Part shown: in pieces, positions 46,194-54,913 of the stretch
How the letters are laid out: the number at the start of each line of letters is the position of its first letter
Position numbering within the stretch: position 1 is the stretch's first letter
DNA from: a virus
Lineage: Duplodnaviria; Heunggongvirae; Uroviricota; Caudoviricetes
Reading direction: 5' to 3' (one strand)
IMG/VR virus record: IMGVR_UViG_3300049783_001441
Length of the DNA stretch: 64,000 nt
Notes under the pieces: generated by a model
Database searches by the model: none
Told to the model about the DNA's origin: nothing
The model's input: only the letters and a program-made list of their open reading frames with translations
Made by a program: the position numbers and the translations under genes

Positions 46194-46655
46194 ATGGACC
46201 CGATAGTAGACCTAGACTCTGACCTTTCCGCTGACTCGGACAGCGTAGCTGACGCCAACAACCACCTGACGGACCTAGTCGGCATTCTGGACGGTGCGCA
46301 GGACGCAAACCCCGAGTTCACCGGAACTAGCCTAGCTGCGCAGTACGGACTAACCATGCTGCTAGTTATCGTGATTACGCAAGCCGCCCGCCGTTACTCC
46401 AAGTTCCTGAACTTCGACAAGGGCACCATCCCGGTGCTCGCTGGCGTGATCTCCACGCTGCTCGTCGTGGTCGGAAGCGCGGTCGGAAGCGCGGTGTATG
46501 GCATGGATTACTCTTGTCTGCAAGTCTTGCAGTTCGGCACGTCCGCCGCCATGGCCTCGGTGCTTAGTTACTACGGCGTGGACCGCTCTTGGAAGGTGTT
46601 CCGCCTAGCCGTTGCTTTCCGCGCCGCTAAGCGCGCCTCCGCAGACTCCCAGTAA
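46194..46655 (+). CDS. holin-like membrane protein
   Basis: ATG 46194 with GGAGGT RBS (the track start 46164 is a TTG); 2-3 hydrophobic helices (LTMLLVIVITQAA, IPVLAGVISTLLVVVGSAVGSAVYG, LQFGTSAAMASVLSYYG); immediately upstream of the muramidase. Confidence 0.4.
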   Translation: MDPIVDLDSDLSADSDSVADANNHLTDLVGILDGAQDANPEFTGTSLAAQYGLTMLLVIVITQAARRYSKFLNFDKGTIPVLAGVISTLLVVVGSAVGSAVYGMDYSCLQVLQFGTSAAMASVLSYYGVDRSWKVFRLAVAFRAAKRASADSQ

Positions 46656-46691
46656 TGCGATGTTACGACCCCGAAAACGAGGACAACTAAT

Positions 46692-47480
46692 ATGCCCACC
46701 GTCAAGCTGACCGCCGCCCTGGCTAGACTAGCCCCTTACGCCGCCATGCTGGGCGTTGACCCGGCCACGCTGCACACAGTGGTCCAAGTGGAGTCTGGTA
46801 ACATCCCGTGGGTTATCGATGGCTACCCGCTGACCCGCCTGGAGTTACACCACGTCTGGTCCCGGTCCCCGGTGGCCCACCAACCGCTGCTCGATGACTT
46901 CATTCGGGTGGACGGCAAGGTCCACTACCTGCCGAGGGGCAAGGCACGCACGGGCCGCTACAAAAACGGACCCTGGCAAGGGCACCGCTACTGTCTGCGG
47001 ACGCATGAAGTCCCTGGAGGTTACCCGATTCTACGCGAGGCTACGCACCTAGACGGTGACTGGTCCTGGGTGTCTCTACACGACGTGAAGTGGTCAACTG
47101 CACAGCACGACCTCCAGATACACTGCATGGAGCGGCTGGTGTCCATTGCCCACATGCAAGACGACCACGAGGTTGCGCGGAAAGCGGAAGCCGCCGTGTG
47201 GGAATCAGCTAGCTACGGTGGACTGCAAGTCATGGGTTTCAACTTCCGTGATGGCGACCATGCGAGCGCCGCCGATATGTTCGGCGACTACGAGACAGAG
47301 CCAGGGCAGCTAATTAGTTTCGTCCAGCGGGTACTATCCAAACCCCACGAATTGAGTGCCCTCCGAAGGGGTAACTTCCTCACCTTCGCGGCGTCTTACA
47401 ACGGGCCCGGACAGCCCGAGGTGTACGCCGCGCGCATGACCCGGTTACTCCGAGAAACGCGCCGCGAGCTGCGGGGTTAG
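46692..47480 (+). CDS. endolysin, DUF3380-type N-acetylmuramidase-like
   Basis: AAMLGVDPATLHTVVQVESGNIPWVIDGYPLTRLELHHVWSRS matches the I.AV.EVES.G.GF...GRP.ILFERH.F.R.T signature of the phage muramidase family. Confidence 0.5.
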   Translation: MPTVKLTAALARLAPYAAMLGVDPATLHTVVQVESGNIPWVIDGYPLTRLELHHVWSRSPVAHQPLLDDFIRVDGKVHYLPRGKARTGRYKNGPWQGHRYCLRTHEVPGGYPILREATHLDGDWSWVSLHDVKWSTAQHDLQIHCMERLVSIAHMQDDHEVARKAEAAVWESASYGGLQVMGFNFRDGDHASAADMFGDYETEPGQLISFVQRVLSKPHELSALRRGNFLTFAASYNGPGQPEVYAARMTRLLRETRRELRG

Positions 47481-47599
47481 CGGGTCTAGTGGACTTGCGT
47501 GGTGTAACGGTTTAATAATGGTGTATCGAGCCGCCTCCGGGCGGTCAGACTCACAGCGGTTCAGGCTATCGCCAAGACCCCCACACTGGAATACCACCC

Positions 47600-48073
47600 A
47601 TGACCGCACCCATTGCACTAGCCGAGTCTGCCGCCGCCGCAGAATCAGCGCCACCACCCCGACAACAGCACAAACAGCCAGCCAAGGGTTTCAACGGGGA
47701 CAGCACAGAAACGGCATTAATAGCCATGTTAGACCGCCACGGGGAACGGACAGTAGCGGCAACCGCTAAAGGCATGAGCGCCATTGCCGAGGAGTTACGA
47801 GACCTTCGCACAGCGGTAGACGGGGTAAGAGAGGACAACACCCGCACCATGAATCGAATGCTGATGCTGGTCGGTGCGGTGGCGCTTGTAGCCATTGTTA
47901 TGATGGCCGGGCTTGTTCGAGCTACTTACCTCACCGCGGGTCTGGACGGCATCAAGGCCGGCAGCGGCAGTCCGTACAGCCACAACGACGGCCCGGCGGA
48001 CGCAGTCAATCTGGATGAGGACACCAGCAACCACGGCGGGGGTTCCATGGCCACGCCTCGGCCTAGGCGGTAA
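47600..48073 (+). CDS. membrane protein with single internal TM helix (lysis accessory?)
   Basis: MLMLVGAVALVAIVMMAGLV helix; downstream of the endolysin. Confidence 0.4.
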   Translation: MTAPIALAESAAAAESAPPPRQQHKQPAKGFNGDSTETALIAMLDRHGERTVAATAKGMSAIAEELRDLRTAVDGVREDNTRTMNRMLMLVGAVALVAIVMMAGLVRATYLTAGLDGIKAGSGSPYSHNDGPADAVNLDEDTSNHGGGSMATPRPRR

Positions 48074-48077
48074 GCAG

Positions 48078-48101
48078 GCGAATGGGCGAATGGGCGAATG
48101 G
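48078..48101. repeat. (GCGAATGG)x3 tandem repeat
   Basis: read directly, immediately after the stop of 47600-48073. Confidence 0.5.
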
Positions 48102-48163
48102 CGAGGCGCGGCGGTGTAGGTTAGCTTTAACCCAACCCGCGCACCCCAGTCTAGGAGCCCTTA

Positions 48164-49042
48164 ATGAGCGTCGTCATACACCACAACGGTTACAGAGCAG
48201 AAGACCTTTACACCTGGCTTTCTAGCACAGGTAAAGCCTACGGGGCGGCGGGTCCGGGGCGGCTAGAAGTCGGCTCCGTGGACGCCGTTCTGACCGAAAT
48301 AGCCCGCGAGAACGGCTGGTATGTCGAGGCCGCCCCGGCGCGACTGCTGGCTATGCTCCCGGCGGGCCAGTTGTGGGGGCCGCTCGCAGCGCTCAACTAC
48401 CGAACCGGACTAACCGGTAGGTTGGAGCAGGTAACGACCTTCGAGTTTGGCCATTGCGTGCAGGTGGACCTTGTGGACGACGCCGGCGACGTGGTTGTGA
48501 GCGAAGTGTCGAGTTACTGGCCCGCGCCAAGTGCGCAGGCCACGAGCGTTGGCCCGTCCTGCCGCCTGCTAGTCATCGAATGGCTGGACACTGCGGGGAA
48601 CGTCTGCGCCACGAAGTACCGGTTCAAGCCTTACGTTACGCTGGCCGCCCCGATTAGCAAGCAAGCTGGCGAGACGTGGTCCACGTATGCGGCCCGCTTT
48701 GCCGCTGCCGCTGCTGTACCAGGTGCGCTGGCCGCCGCCGGCCCGAGCATTGCCGCCGGTCGTCGCCGCCGCCAGAACGTCATCGACGAGCTGTCTGCCG
48801 TTATCGGCGGCGTGCTGCTGGCCGCAGACCCCAACACCGACCCGTCAATCGGCGGCACAGCGTTCCTGTCCTCGCTCGCGGGCGCTGACTCTGCTTTCCT
48901 GCACAGCGGCTCCACAGCGCTGGCTACTGCCGTCACCGCCTCGTCTCCCAGCACGTTCCCGTGGTTGGCTGTAGAGTTAGCTCCGGGGCTTACGGTGCAG
49001 GTGTACTTACTCTCGAAGCTGGCCCCTTGGACAGCGGCCTAA
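48164..49042 (+). CDS. hypothetical protein (292 aa, Ala-rich C-terminus)
   Basis: stop overlaps the patatin start (TAATG). Confidence 0.45.
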   Translation: MSVVIHHNGYRAEDLYTWLSSTGKAYGAAGPGRLEVGSVDAVLTEIARENGWYVEAAPARLLAMLPAGQLWGPLAALNYRTGLTGRLEQVTTFEFGHCVQVDLVDDAGDVVVSEVSSYWPAPSAQATSVGPSCRLLVIEWLDTAGNVCATKYRFKPYVTLAAPISKQAGETWSTYAARFAAAAAVPGALAAAGPSIAAGRRRRQNVIDELSAVIGGVLLAADPNTDPSIGGTAFLSSLAGADSAFLHSGSTALATAVTASSPSTFPWLAVELAPGLTVQVYLLSKLAPWTAA

Positions 49043-49908
49043 TGGCCGCTATGCGGCGGGACCAGACGTGGGTGGTCGCCAGTGGTGGCGGCGCTCGCGG
49101 GCGGTGCGAGCCGCCGCAGATCCAAGGTGCTATCGACGAAACCCTAGCGGCCACGGGGCTTTTCCCTGCTGGCTTTGTGGGTAACAGCATCGGAGCCACA
49201 ACGGCCCGGTTCGCCGCGGCTAACGCCATGGAGGAGCTAGACCAGTTCAGCCGGGAAACAATCCGCGAGCGCGACGTGCAAAGGGTGAACGACCCGAACC
49301 CGCTGGACGGGTGGAAGAGCCTGAATATCTTCATGCGCCGGCTGCGCCCGTACTTGGAAGCGCACCCGTGCACCGCCCAGTGCTGGGTGCTTGTTACCGA
49401 CCGGAACTTGTGGGCACCCGGATCCGGTGAGCCCGAGGACTTACCCGGTGCGAAGCTGGTGCGCATTGACCGGTTAAGCGTAGCGGCGCAGCTCAAGTGG
49501 ATCGGGCGTAGCAGCGCTATATTACCCTTCCATGAGCCCGTGGAGGGTTGGCGATACATGGACGGTGGCGCGGTTGCCGTCTACCCGCCGTTACCCCGGC
49601 TCGCGCGAAAGGCTTGCGCCCGGTTGTACGCGGTTGGTGCAAGCCCGTACAAGCTGGCAGACCGCGCGTTTGGTCGCTGGGAGCGGGGTAGTGTGGGCGT
49701 GCTGAACCAACTGTCGGAGGTCCACGTAGGTAACATCCTCCGCAGGGACGTTGCGAGACTTACCCGGTACGCGGAAGCCATGGACGTGTGGATTTCCGCC
49801 CCGGATAACCTCGCAGACGTTGGTGACACCTTCGAGTTTGGCGCCGAGATTGACAGCAAGCGCATAGCTGCCGGGCACCGCGCGTGGGCTAACCGGGTGA
49901 AGCTGTAG
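49042..49908 (+). CDS. patatin-like phospholipase
   Basis: oxyanion GGGARG, nucleophile elbow GNSIG (G-x-S-x-G), DGG dyad motif YMDGGAV; start MAAMRRDQTWVVASGGG at 49042. Confidence 0.7.
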   Translation: MAAMRRDQTWVVASGGGARGRCEPPQIQGAIDETLAATGLFPAGFVGNSIGATTARFAAANAMEELDQFSRETIRERDVQRVNDPNPLDGWKSLNIFMRRLRPYLEAHPCTAQCWVLVTDRNLWAPGSGEPEDLPGAKLVRIDRLSVAAQLKWIGRSSAILPFHEPVEGWRYMDGGAVAVYPPLPRLARKACARLYAVGASPYKLADRAFGRWERGSVGVLNQLSEVHVGNILRRDVARLTRYAEAMDVWISAPDNLADVGDTFEFGAEIDSKRIAAGHRAWANRVKL

Positions 49909-49989
49909 GTCGGAGAGCGGCACCCGGTTGCGGGTGCCCACCCTGCGAGCTAACAAAGCAGGCCGCGATAGCGGCGGGAGGATCTTCTA

Positions 49990-50313
49990 ATGGACATCAA
50001 AGCAGGTATCGAGTCGCGGGCACTAGGCGAGGTTGTACGGGCCGTCAGGGCGCACACCAAGGTTAACCAGAAAGACCTCGCGGATAGGTTGGGCTGGAAA
50101 ACGTCGTCGTTGTCGGCCATCGAGAACGGGCGCAACGCGGTAGACGCGGCAGTCGTGGGGCAACTTTGCACCGTGCTGAAATTCGAAAAGGGCAAACTTG
50201 CGCAGGCCGTGGTCGCCACGATCAACACGCTACGCGCGAAGGAAGGCACCGCAAAGCGCCATGAACTCTACATGGTCCACGAGGCGAACCTACTGGCGGG
50301 TGGAGCCGAGTAA
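49990..50313 (+). CDS. XRE-family helix-turn-helix transcriptional regulator
   Basis: VNQKDLADRLGWKTSSLSAIENGRN HTH. Confidence 0.7.
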   Translation: MDIKAGIESRALGEVVRAVRAHTKVNQKDLADRLGWKTSSLSAIENGRNAVDAAVVGQLCTVLKFEKGKLAQAVVATINTLRAKEGTAKRHELYMVHEANLLAGGAE

Positions 50314-50331
50314 GCCGAGTAAGCCGAGTAA
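50305..50331. repeat. (GCCGAGTAA)x3 tandem 9-mer giving three consecutive in-frame TAA stops for the XRE gene
   Basis: read directly. Confidence 0.6.
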
Positions 50332-50364
50332 ACTGTAGCCTGGGGCGTTTCGCGCTCCGGGTTT

Positions 50365-50455
50365 CATTTTGCCCGGCGTTCGTCGCAGTGTGCGGCGGGC
50401 AAAAAAGTAGCCCCTATGCAGGCGGAATCGGGGAAGAAACCTACATAGGGGCGAC
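50365..50455. terminator. two adjacent stem-loops in a convergent intergenic region (TTTTGCCCGGCG...CGGCGGGCAAAA; CCCCTATGCAGG...CCTACATAGGGG)
   Basis: inverted repeats with one mismatch each; the U-tract geometry is atypical, so the terminator function is tentative. Confidence 0.3.
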
Positions 50456-50690
50456 TCCCCAAAATGAGACGAGCGAGCGAAGCGCTCAACCCTCCATGGT
50501 CTAAGCGGTCACGGCGGGACAGGCAAGGCCAGATCAGCCGCGCACACCGGAGCCGGCGTGGTGTAGTTGACGATAACTGTGGGTTGCCGGGTACGTTGGC
50601 AGTTAACCATGGTAGCGAAAGCTCCCACGATCACGGCGAGGAGCACCCAGTTGGTACGCGGGGCGGGTGCCGGGGCGGGCGCTTCGTAGT

Positions 50691-51116
50691 TCATGGGCGC
50701 AACTTCGGGCGGCAGTCAATGGCGGGGCCGCTAGTCAACCGGAGTCCGAGCCCGTAAAAGCCAGCGCCCAACACCGAGTAGGGGCCGCGGCGCATGTGCT
50801 CGTACCGGACACGCTGCACTAGCTCCACCGGACGGGTCGCCATGTATTGATGGCCGACGTAGGCTAGGCCGTGGCCCACGCAGGATGCGACCATGAGCAA
50901 CAGCAGTGCCACCTGTAGCGGAAACCACGCGGTCGGAACCACGAGCGGGGACAGGTAGCAAGCGCTGAAAACCGCACAGTCCAACAGGGTCAGCTCGGGC
51001 GGCTTCGAGAACTCGTAGAAGTCCGCGAGGCCGGCGTACCCTGGTGGCCCGGCAATGTCGGCGGTAGTGTCCATTTCCATTTCCATGTCGGTGTCGGTGT
51101 CGGTGTCGGTGTCCAT
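50691..51116 (-). CDS. polytopic membrane protein with simple-sequence-repeat-encoded N-terminus (MDTDTDTDTDMEMEMD)
   Basis: ATG at 51116 with GGAG upstream; 3-4 hydrophobic helices; the track ORF extends to 51182. Confidence 0.45.
   Translation of the reverse strand: MDTDTDTDTDMEMEMDTTADIAGPPGYAGLADFYEFSKPPELTLLDCAVFSACYLSPLVVPTAWFPLQVALLLLMVASCVGHGLAYVGHQYMATRPVELVQRVRYEHMRRGPYSVLGAGFYGLGLRLTSGPAIDCRPKLRP
51071..51114. repeat. hexanucleotide tracts (CCATTT)x2 and (GTGTCG)x4-5 inside the 5' end of the membrane-protein gene
   Basis: read directly. Confidence 0.6.
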
Positions 51117-51250
51117 TAGGGCTCCATTCGGGGGAAAGTCGGCGTTTGGTCGTTTTCGGGCTAAAAAGTGTGGCGAACTCACAACAGACTGTTATCAGGG
51201 TGGTGTTGCTGCCGCAACAAGCAATTTTGCGCACTTCGGAAGGAACTTAC

Positions 51251-51689
51251 AATGTCTTGTATCTACATCAACACCGTCACTGGCGCTATCACTGACGACT
51301 GGCACGTCGCGGAGCCCTGGATGGTGGACGCGGAATACCACCGGAACTGGAGCGTCATGGCGGACGTGGAGGAGTTGGCCGCTTTCGTGACCGAGAAGAA
51401 CGCAGACGGGACCGGCTCGACCTACATTGCGACGGACGCCGGGGAGCACGCCGCGTCTCACCGGTTCGGCGTGGTCCGTATGCCGGAAGTCGGCGACCTC
51501 GTGTCCTACGGGTTCAACGGGGATTGCTACCCGTGCGGCAAGATCGAGCGGATCAGCCCGACCGGCTCGCGAATCACGACCGATACCGGGACGCGCTTCA
51601 CCCGGCAAAAGCTCTCGGGTAGCTGGCGCTCCGGCGGCACTTGGTGGATGCGCAAGGGCCACGTTACGGCGTACAACCTTAGTTTCTAG
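51251..51689 (+). CDS. hypothetical protein (146 aa)
   Basis: ATG 51251 MSCIYINTVTGA; the track ORF starts earlier at 51168. Confidence 0.4.
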
Positions 51690-51795
51690 GCCGCTACTAG
51701 TCGGGCGCGCACCGGGGTCGTCTCGGGTGCTCGCCAGTCTGTTAGTTTTCTAGTCCGCACACCCCCTGGCGCGGTAACCTCTGGAGATTCTGAAA

Positions 51796-52188
51796 ATGAC
51801 TAAGCTCGTTACCCGTTACACCCCGCTCGTTTACCAGTGGCTCGGGCTGCTCTACCTCGCGGTCGCGGTGTACGGCAACATCCGCACGGCGGACTGGTGG
51901 CAGGTGGCCCTTGGGTTGGCCTACGCTGCACTATGGGGTTGGGTCACGCAACCGCCCCGCGAGCCCACCGAAGCCCGGTGGGTCCACTCCAAGACGGGCC
52001 GGACCTACGCCCTGGTCGGCTACGCACGTTTGCGGCGGTACGATCCCCGCTCGCATGACAGGCTCCGAGTGGTCGTGTACCGCTCGTGCGACGACGGCGA
52101 GCTTTGGGTGCGCCACGCCAACGACTTCCTTGAGCGCTTCGAGGAGCTAGGCGACGGGGCTTACTACCCCGGTGTAGGTGCGCCATGA
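51796..52188 (+). CDS. small membrane protein
   Basis: N-terminal hydrophobic helices LVYQWLGLLYLAVAVYG, VALGLAYAALWGW. Confidence 0.4.
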   Translation: MTKLVTRYTPLVYQWLGLLYLAVAVYGNIRTADWWQVALGLAYAALWGWVTQPPREPTEARWVHSKTGRTYALVGYARLRRYDPRSHDRLRVVVYRSCDDGELWVRHANDFLERFEELGDGAYYPGVGAP

Positions 52189-52380
52189 AGTGGGCACTAC
52201 TACTCTTCGTCTACGTCAACCTAAACCTGAACGCCTTGTGGTTTGTGGTGCTCGTGAATATCGCCACGCACGACACCCAGCACCAAGACCTAGCCCGCAC
52301 CCACTGCGCGGACATCAATCGAAGCATGCAGACCATCGGAGCGGCACCATGAGAGATACCCTGACACCCACAACGTAAGA

Positions 52381-52418
52381 AGCCCGCCGCGTGCAACGAG
52401 CACCCGGCGGGCTTTTCC
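52381..52418 (+). terminator. rho-independent terminator
   Basis: GCCCGCCG-cgtgcaacgagcacc-CGGCGGGC followed by TTTTCC, between the convergent 51796-52188 (+) and HU (-) genes. Confidence 0.45.
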
Positions 52419-52441
52419 GCGTGCGGCAGTGAAGCCCCAGC

Positions 52442-52720
52442 TTACTTGTTCAGCTTGCCCTTGAGCACTGAAGACTGCGAGAACGAGCAGCCCTTGCTGG
52501 CCTTGATCTTCATCGAACGGCCTGTCTGCGGGTTGCGGCCTGTACGGGCCTTGTTGCTGCGGCGGTTGAATGTACCGAAGCCAGGGATGGAGATCTTATC
52601 GCCGCGCTTGATGCGGGCCGGAGCAACGTCCTTGAACGCGGCTTCGAGGACGGCTTGAACGGTGGCTTGGCTCTCGCCGCTCTTTTTGGCGACGGCTTTG
52701 ACGAAATCATTGTGGGTCAT
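52442..52720 (-). CDS. HU/IHF-family DNA-binding protein
   Basis: MTHNDFVKAVAKKSGESQATVQAVLEA...PGFGTFNRRSNKARTGRNPQTGRSMKIKAS, the canonical HU arm. Confidence 0.8.
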   Translation of the reverse strand: MTHNDFVKAVAKKSGESQATVQAVLEAAFKDVAPARIKRGDKISIPGFGTFNRRSNKARTGRNPQTGRSMKIKASKGCSFSQSSVLKGKLNK

Positions 52721-52834
52721 GGGGTAGCTCCGGTGGGCGCGTGGCCCATGGTTGGTGTGCGCCCCTGGTTTAGCGGGTGCGCAGGGTAAAGGCAAGCAGG
52801 AAGCGACTTAAACCGGGCTGGGCGGACCTACCCC

Positions 52835-52848
52835 GGTTACGCGTAACC
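52835..52848. promoter_or_regulatory. perfect 14-bp palindrome GGTTACGCGTAACC between the divergent HU and GNAT genes
   Basis: read directly; contains the recurring CGCGTAAC motif. Confidence 0.5.
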
Positions 52849-52874
52849 AGTAACCCGCCACAGTGGAGCCTTAC

Positions 52875-53288
52875 ATGCCGCGAAACGAAGCCCAGCCAGA
52901 ATGGTTGGAAGACCCCGAAGACCTAGACGACTTAGGGTTAGACCCGTGGGCGTTTGCCCGTGACAATGGCGTGAACATCCTGGCGAACAAAGACTTTAGG
53001 GCCGCGTACACCGTGGCCGACAAGCTCGTAGCGGTCCTGTTCGATGCGTCCGACTCGGACGGTTACGAGTTCGACATTGCGGTAACCGCGCGCTGGCGTA
53101 GGCGCGGGCTAGGGGCGAAGCTCACCGACTACGCGCTCTCGATCTACGAGGAGACCAGTGACGCTTACGGCGAGGATTACACCCTGAACCTGGACGTAAT
53201 AAACCCCGCTGCGGAAGCCATGCTCGCGAAGCGGGGTCTGGTTGTGGTGGGTCGCGAGCGCGGCCACACGTTGATGACCCGGCGATAG
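52875..53288 (+). CDS. GNAT-family N-acetyltransferase
   Basis: motif A WRRRGLGAKL; ATG 52875 with GGAG RBS. Confidence 0.5.
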   Translation: MPRNEAQPEWLEDPEDLDDLGLDPWAFARDNGVNILANKDFRAAYTVADKLVAVLFDASDSDGYEFDIAVTARWRRRGLGAKLTDYALSIYEETSDAYGEDYTLNLDVINPAAEAMLAKRGLVVVGRERGHTLMTRR

Positions 53289-53297
53289 AGCGGCGGG

Positions 53298-53834
53298 TTA
53301 TTCGGGTGCGTGGGGGACGCTGGCGGTGGTAACCTTGACCGGCGGAGTAACTAACGCTAGCACCGCCTCCACCGCCGCTATGGCCTTCGCTAGTGTGGGC
53401 GCACGGTGACTCGTCCGCGCACCGTCCGGGTGCTTGGCAGTCCAGTGAAACCCGTGTTCTGCGCCAGAGGCGTCAGGGCGTACCTCGGAGTCGGTGGCCT
53501 TGTGCCGCGCGTAGTCCCCGTTGATACGCCAGCCAGGGTACGCCGGTACCGCTACCGGCAGGCTGTCGCGGTAGGCGAACACGGCTTCGCTGAACCCCTG
53601 CGAAAAGCGGTTGACTCGGTAGCTAGCGTTAAGGTCGAGTTCGGGCAACTCCGCCACATACGCCAGCAGCGCCAACCCTTCAGCGCCTACGAGCGCGAGC
53701 CCTTCAGCAAACAAGGGTGTGCCCCTCGCCACCCAGAGGTCGCCGTCGTGTCTCCAACCCTCGCCGCCGTGAGATAGCAACTTTGCGAGCGACGGGGCTA
53801 GCCCCAGGGCTTCCAATTCTTTTTGAGACTGCAT
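53298..53834 (-). CDS. hypothetical protein
   Basis: 178 aa. Confidence 0.4.
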   Translation of the reverse strand: MQSQKELEALGLAPSLAKLLSHGGEGWRHDGDLWVARGTPLFAEGLALVGAEGLALLAYVAELPELDLNASYRVNRFSQGFSEAVFAYRDSLPVAVPAYPGWRINGDYARHKATDSEVRPDASGAEHGFHWTAKHPDGARTSHRAPTLAKAIAAVEAVLALVTPPVKVTTASVPHAPE

Positions 53835-53894
53835 GTTGAGTGTCCTCTAGTGGGTTTAGTGCGCAGTAACCGGGGTGTCGGGCGCGCGTAGGCG

Positions 53895-54533
53895 CTAAGG
53901 TTTGCGCCCCTCGATAATTACCTGGACGCGACCCAGAGCGCTGGCGACCCCAGAGGTGAACCGTGGGCTGGTGCTTGCGGCGGCAGTCAGCGGGGCCGTA
54001 GCAAGCGCGTGTACGGCCTCCAGGCGCTCAAGGGCACACGCGGGGTGGTCTCGCCAGCACTCGGCGTGGTGGGCTGGTTCCGGCTCTGTAGAGTCGAGGT
54101 TGTCACCCCACCACACCAGGGTGGAGTGCCACGTGATGTACGGGTTGTCCGCGATGTCCGCGCCACACGTCATGCACGGTCTGGAGCGGAAACCACCGGG
54201 GTACGCCACCTGCCCTGCCGGGAGTCGCACCAAAAAACACGCAGCTTCTACGTTGGGTGTGCGGTGGTGGTAGTCCGTGCAGACCTCCGCGTTCACCGCC
54301 TGCCCCAGCTGCTCAAACACCCTCGTGAGTGCGGTGGGGTTCCACCCGGTGTACGCGAAGTCGGCGAAGCACACCGACGTGTAACCCCGCGCCGCTTTAC
54401 GATCGAACACAGCTTGGAAGGTCGACTGCACGTTGGGTGAGGTGTCGGCGAACGAGTCGAAGTAGCTCGCGAGGTAAGGGGCAAGGTCCAGGGATTCCCG
54501 TGGTCGGCGTGGTTTGGGGGTTTGGTTGCTCAT
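53895..54533 (-). CDS. hypothetical protein
   Basis: 212 aa. Confidence 0.4.
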   Translation of the reverse strand: MSNQTPKPRRPRESLDLAPYLASYFDSFADTSPNVQSTFQAVFDRKAARGYTSVCFADFAYTGWNPTALTRVFEQLGQAVNAEVCTDYHHRTPNVEAACFLVRLPAGQVAYPGGFRSRPCMTCGADIADNPYITWHSTLVWWGDNLDSTEPEPAHHAECWRDHPACALERLEAVHALATAPLTAAASTSPRFTSGVASALGRVQVIIEGRKP

Positions 54534-54913
54534 TTCGGGACTCCTAGTACCGCCGCAGCAGTCTCCAGCGGGTTCTGGGTCCGCGTCTTGCTACCGGCCT
54601 GCACTCGGGCGGCAGCGAAGCCCAGCCGGTCGGCGACGGCTTGCGTGGCCGCTGCGGCGTACTGGAACGCCTCACCCCGCTCTCTGCCGGTCGCCGCGTC
54701 CAGCCGGCCCATCTCGGCGGCTGTAGGGGTCACGGACGGGTGCTGCCGTAGGATCTCGGCCCGTAGGTATGGCGCGGCGGACGGAAGCTCGTGGGTCCAC
54801 AACGGGTGGCCTGCTAGGTGCTCCATCAGTTCGTGGGCCTCGGCGAACGGACCCCAAAGCCGCCCTGTCGATACGGTCAAAATTGCATGTAGTGGGAACT
54901 CTTTCGTGCTCAT
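54530..54913 (-). CDS. hypothetical protein
   Basis: 127 aa; ATGA overlaps on both sides. Confidence 0.4.
   Translation of the reverse strand: MSTKEFPLHAILTVSTGRLWGPFAEAHELMEHLAGHPLWTHELPSAAPYLRAEILRQHPSVTPTAAEMGRLDAATGRERGEAFQYAAAATQAVADRLGFAAARVQAGSKTRTQNPLETAAAVLGVPK

Noticed and set aside
50365-50455. Calling the two hairpins confident intrinsic terminators
   Set aside because: T-tracts precede and A-tracts follow the stems on both strands, the reverse of canonical geometry. Kept as low-confidence structures
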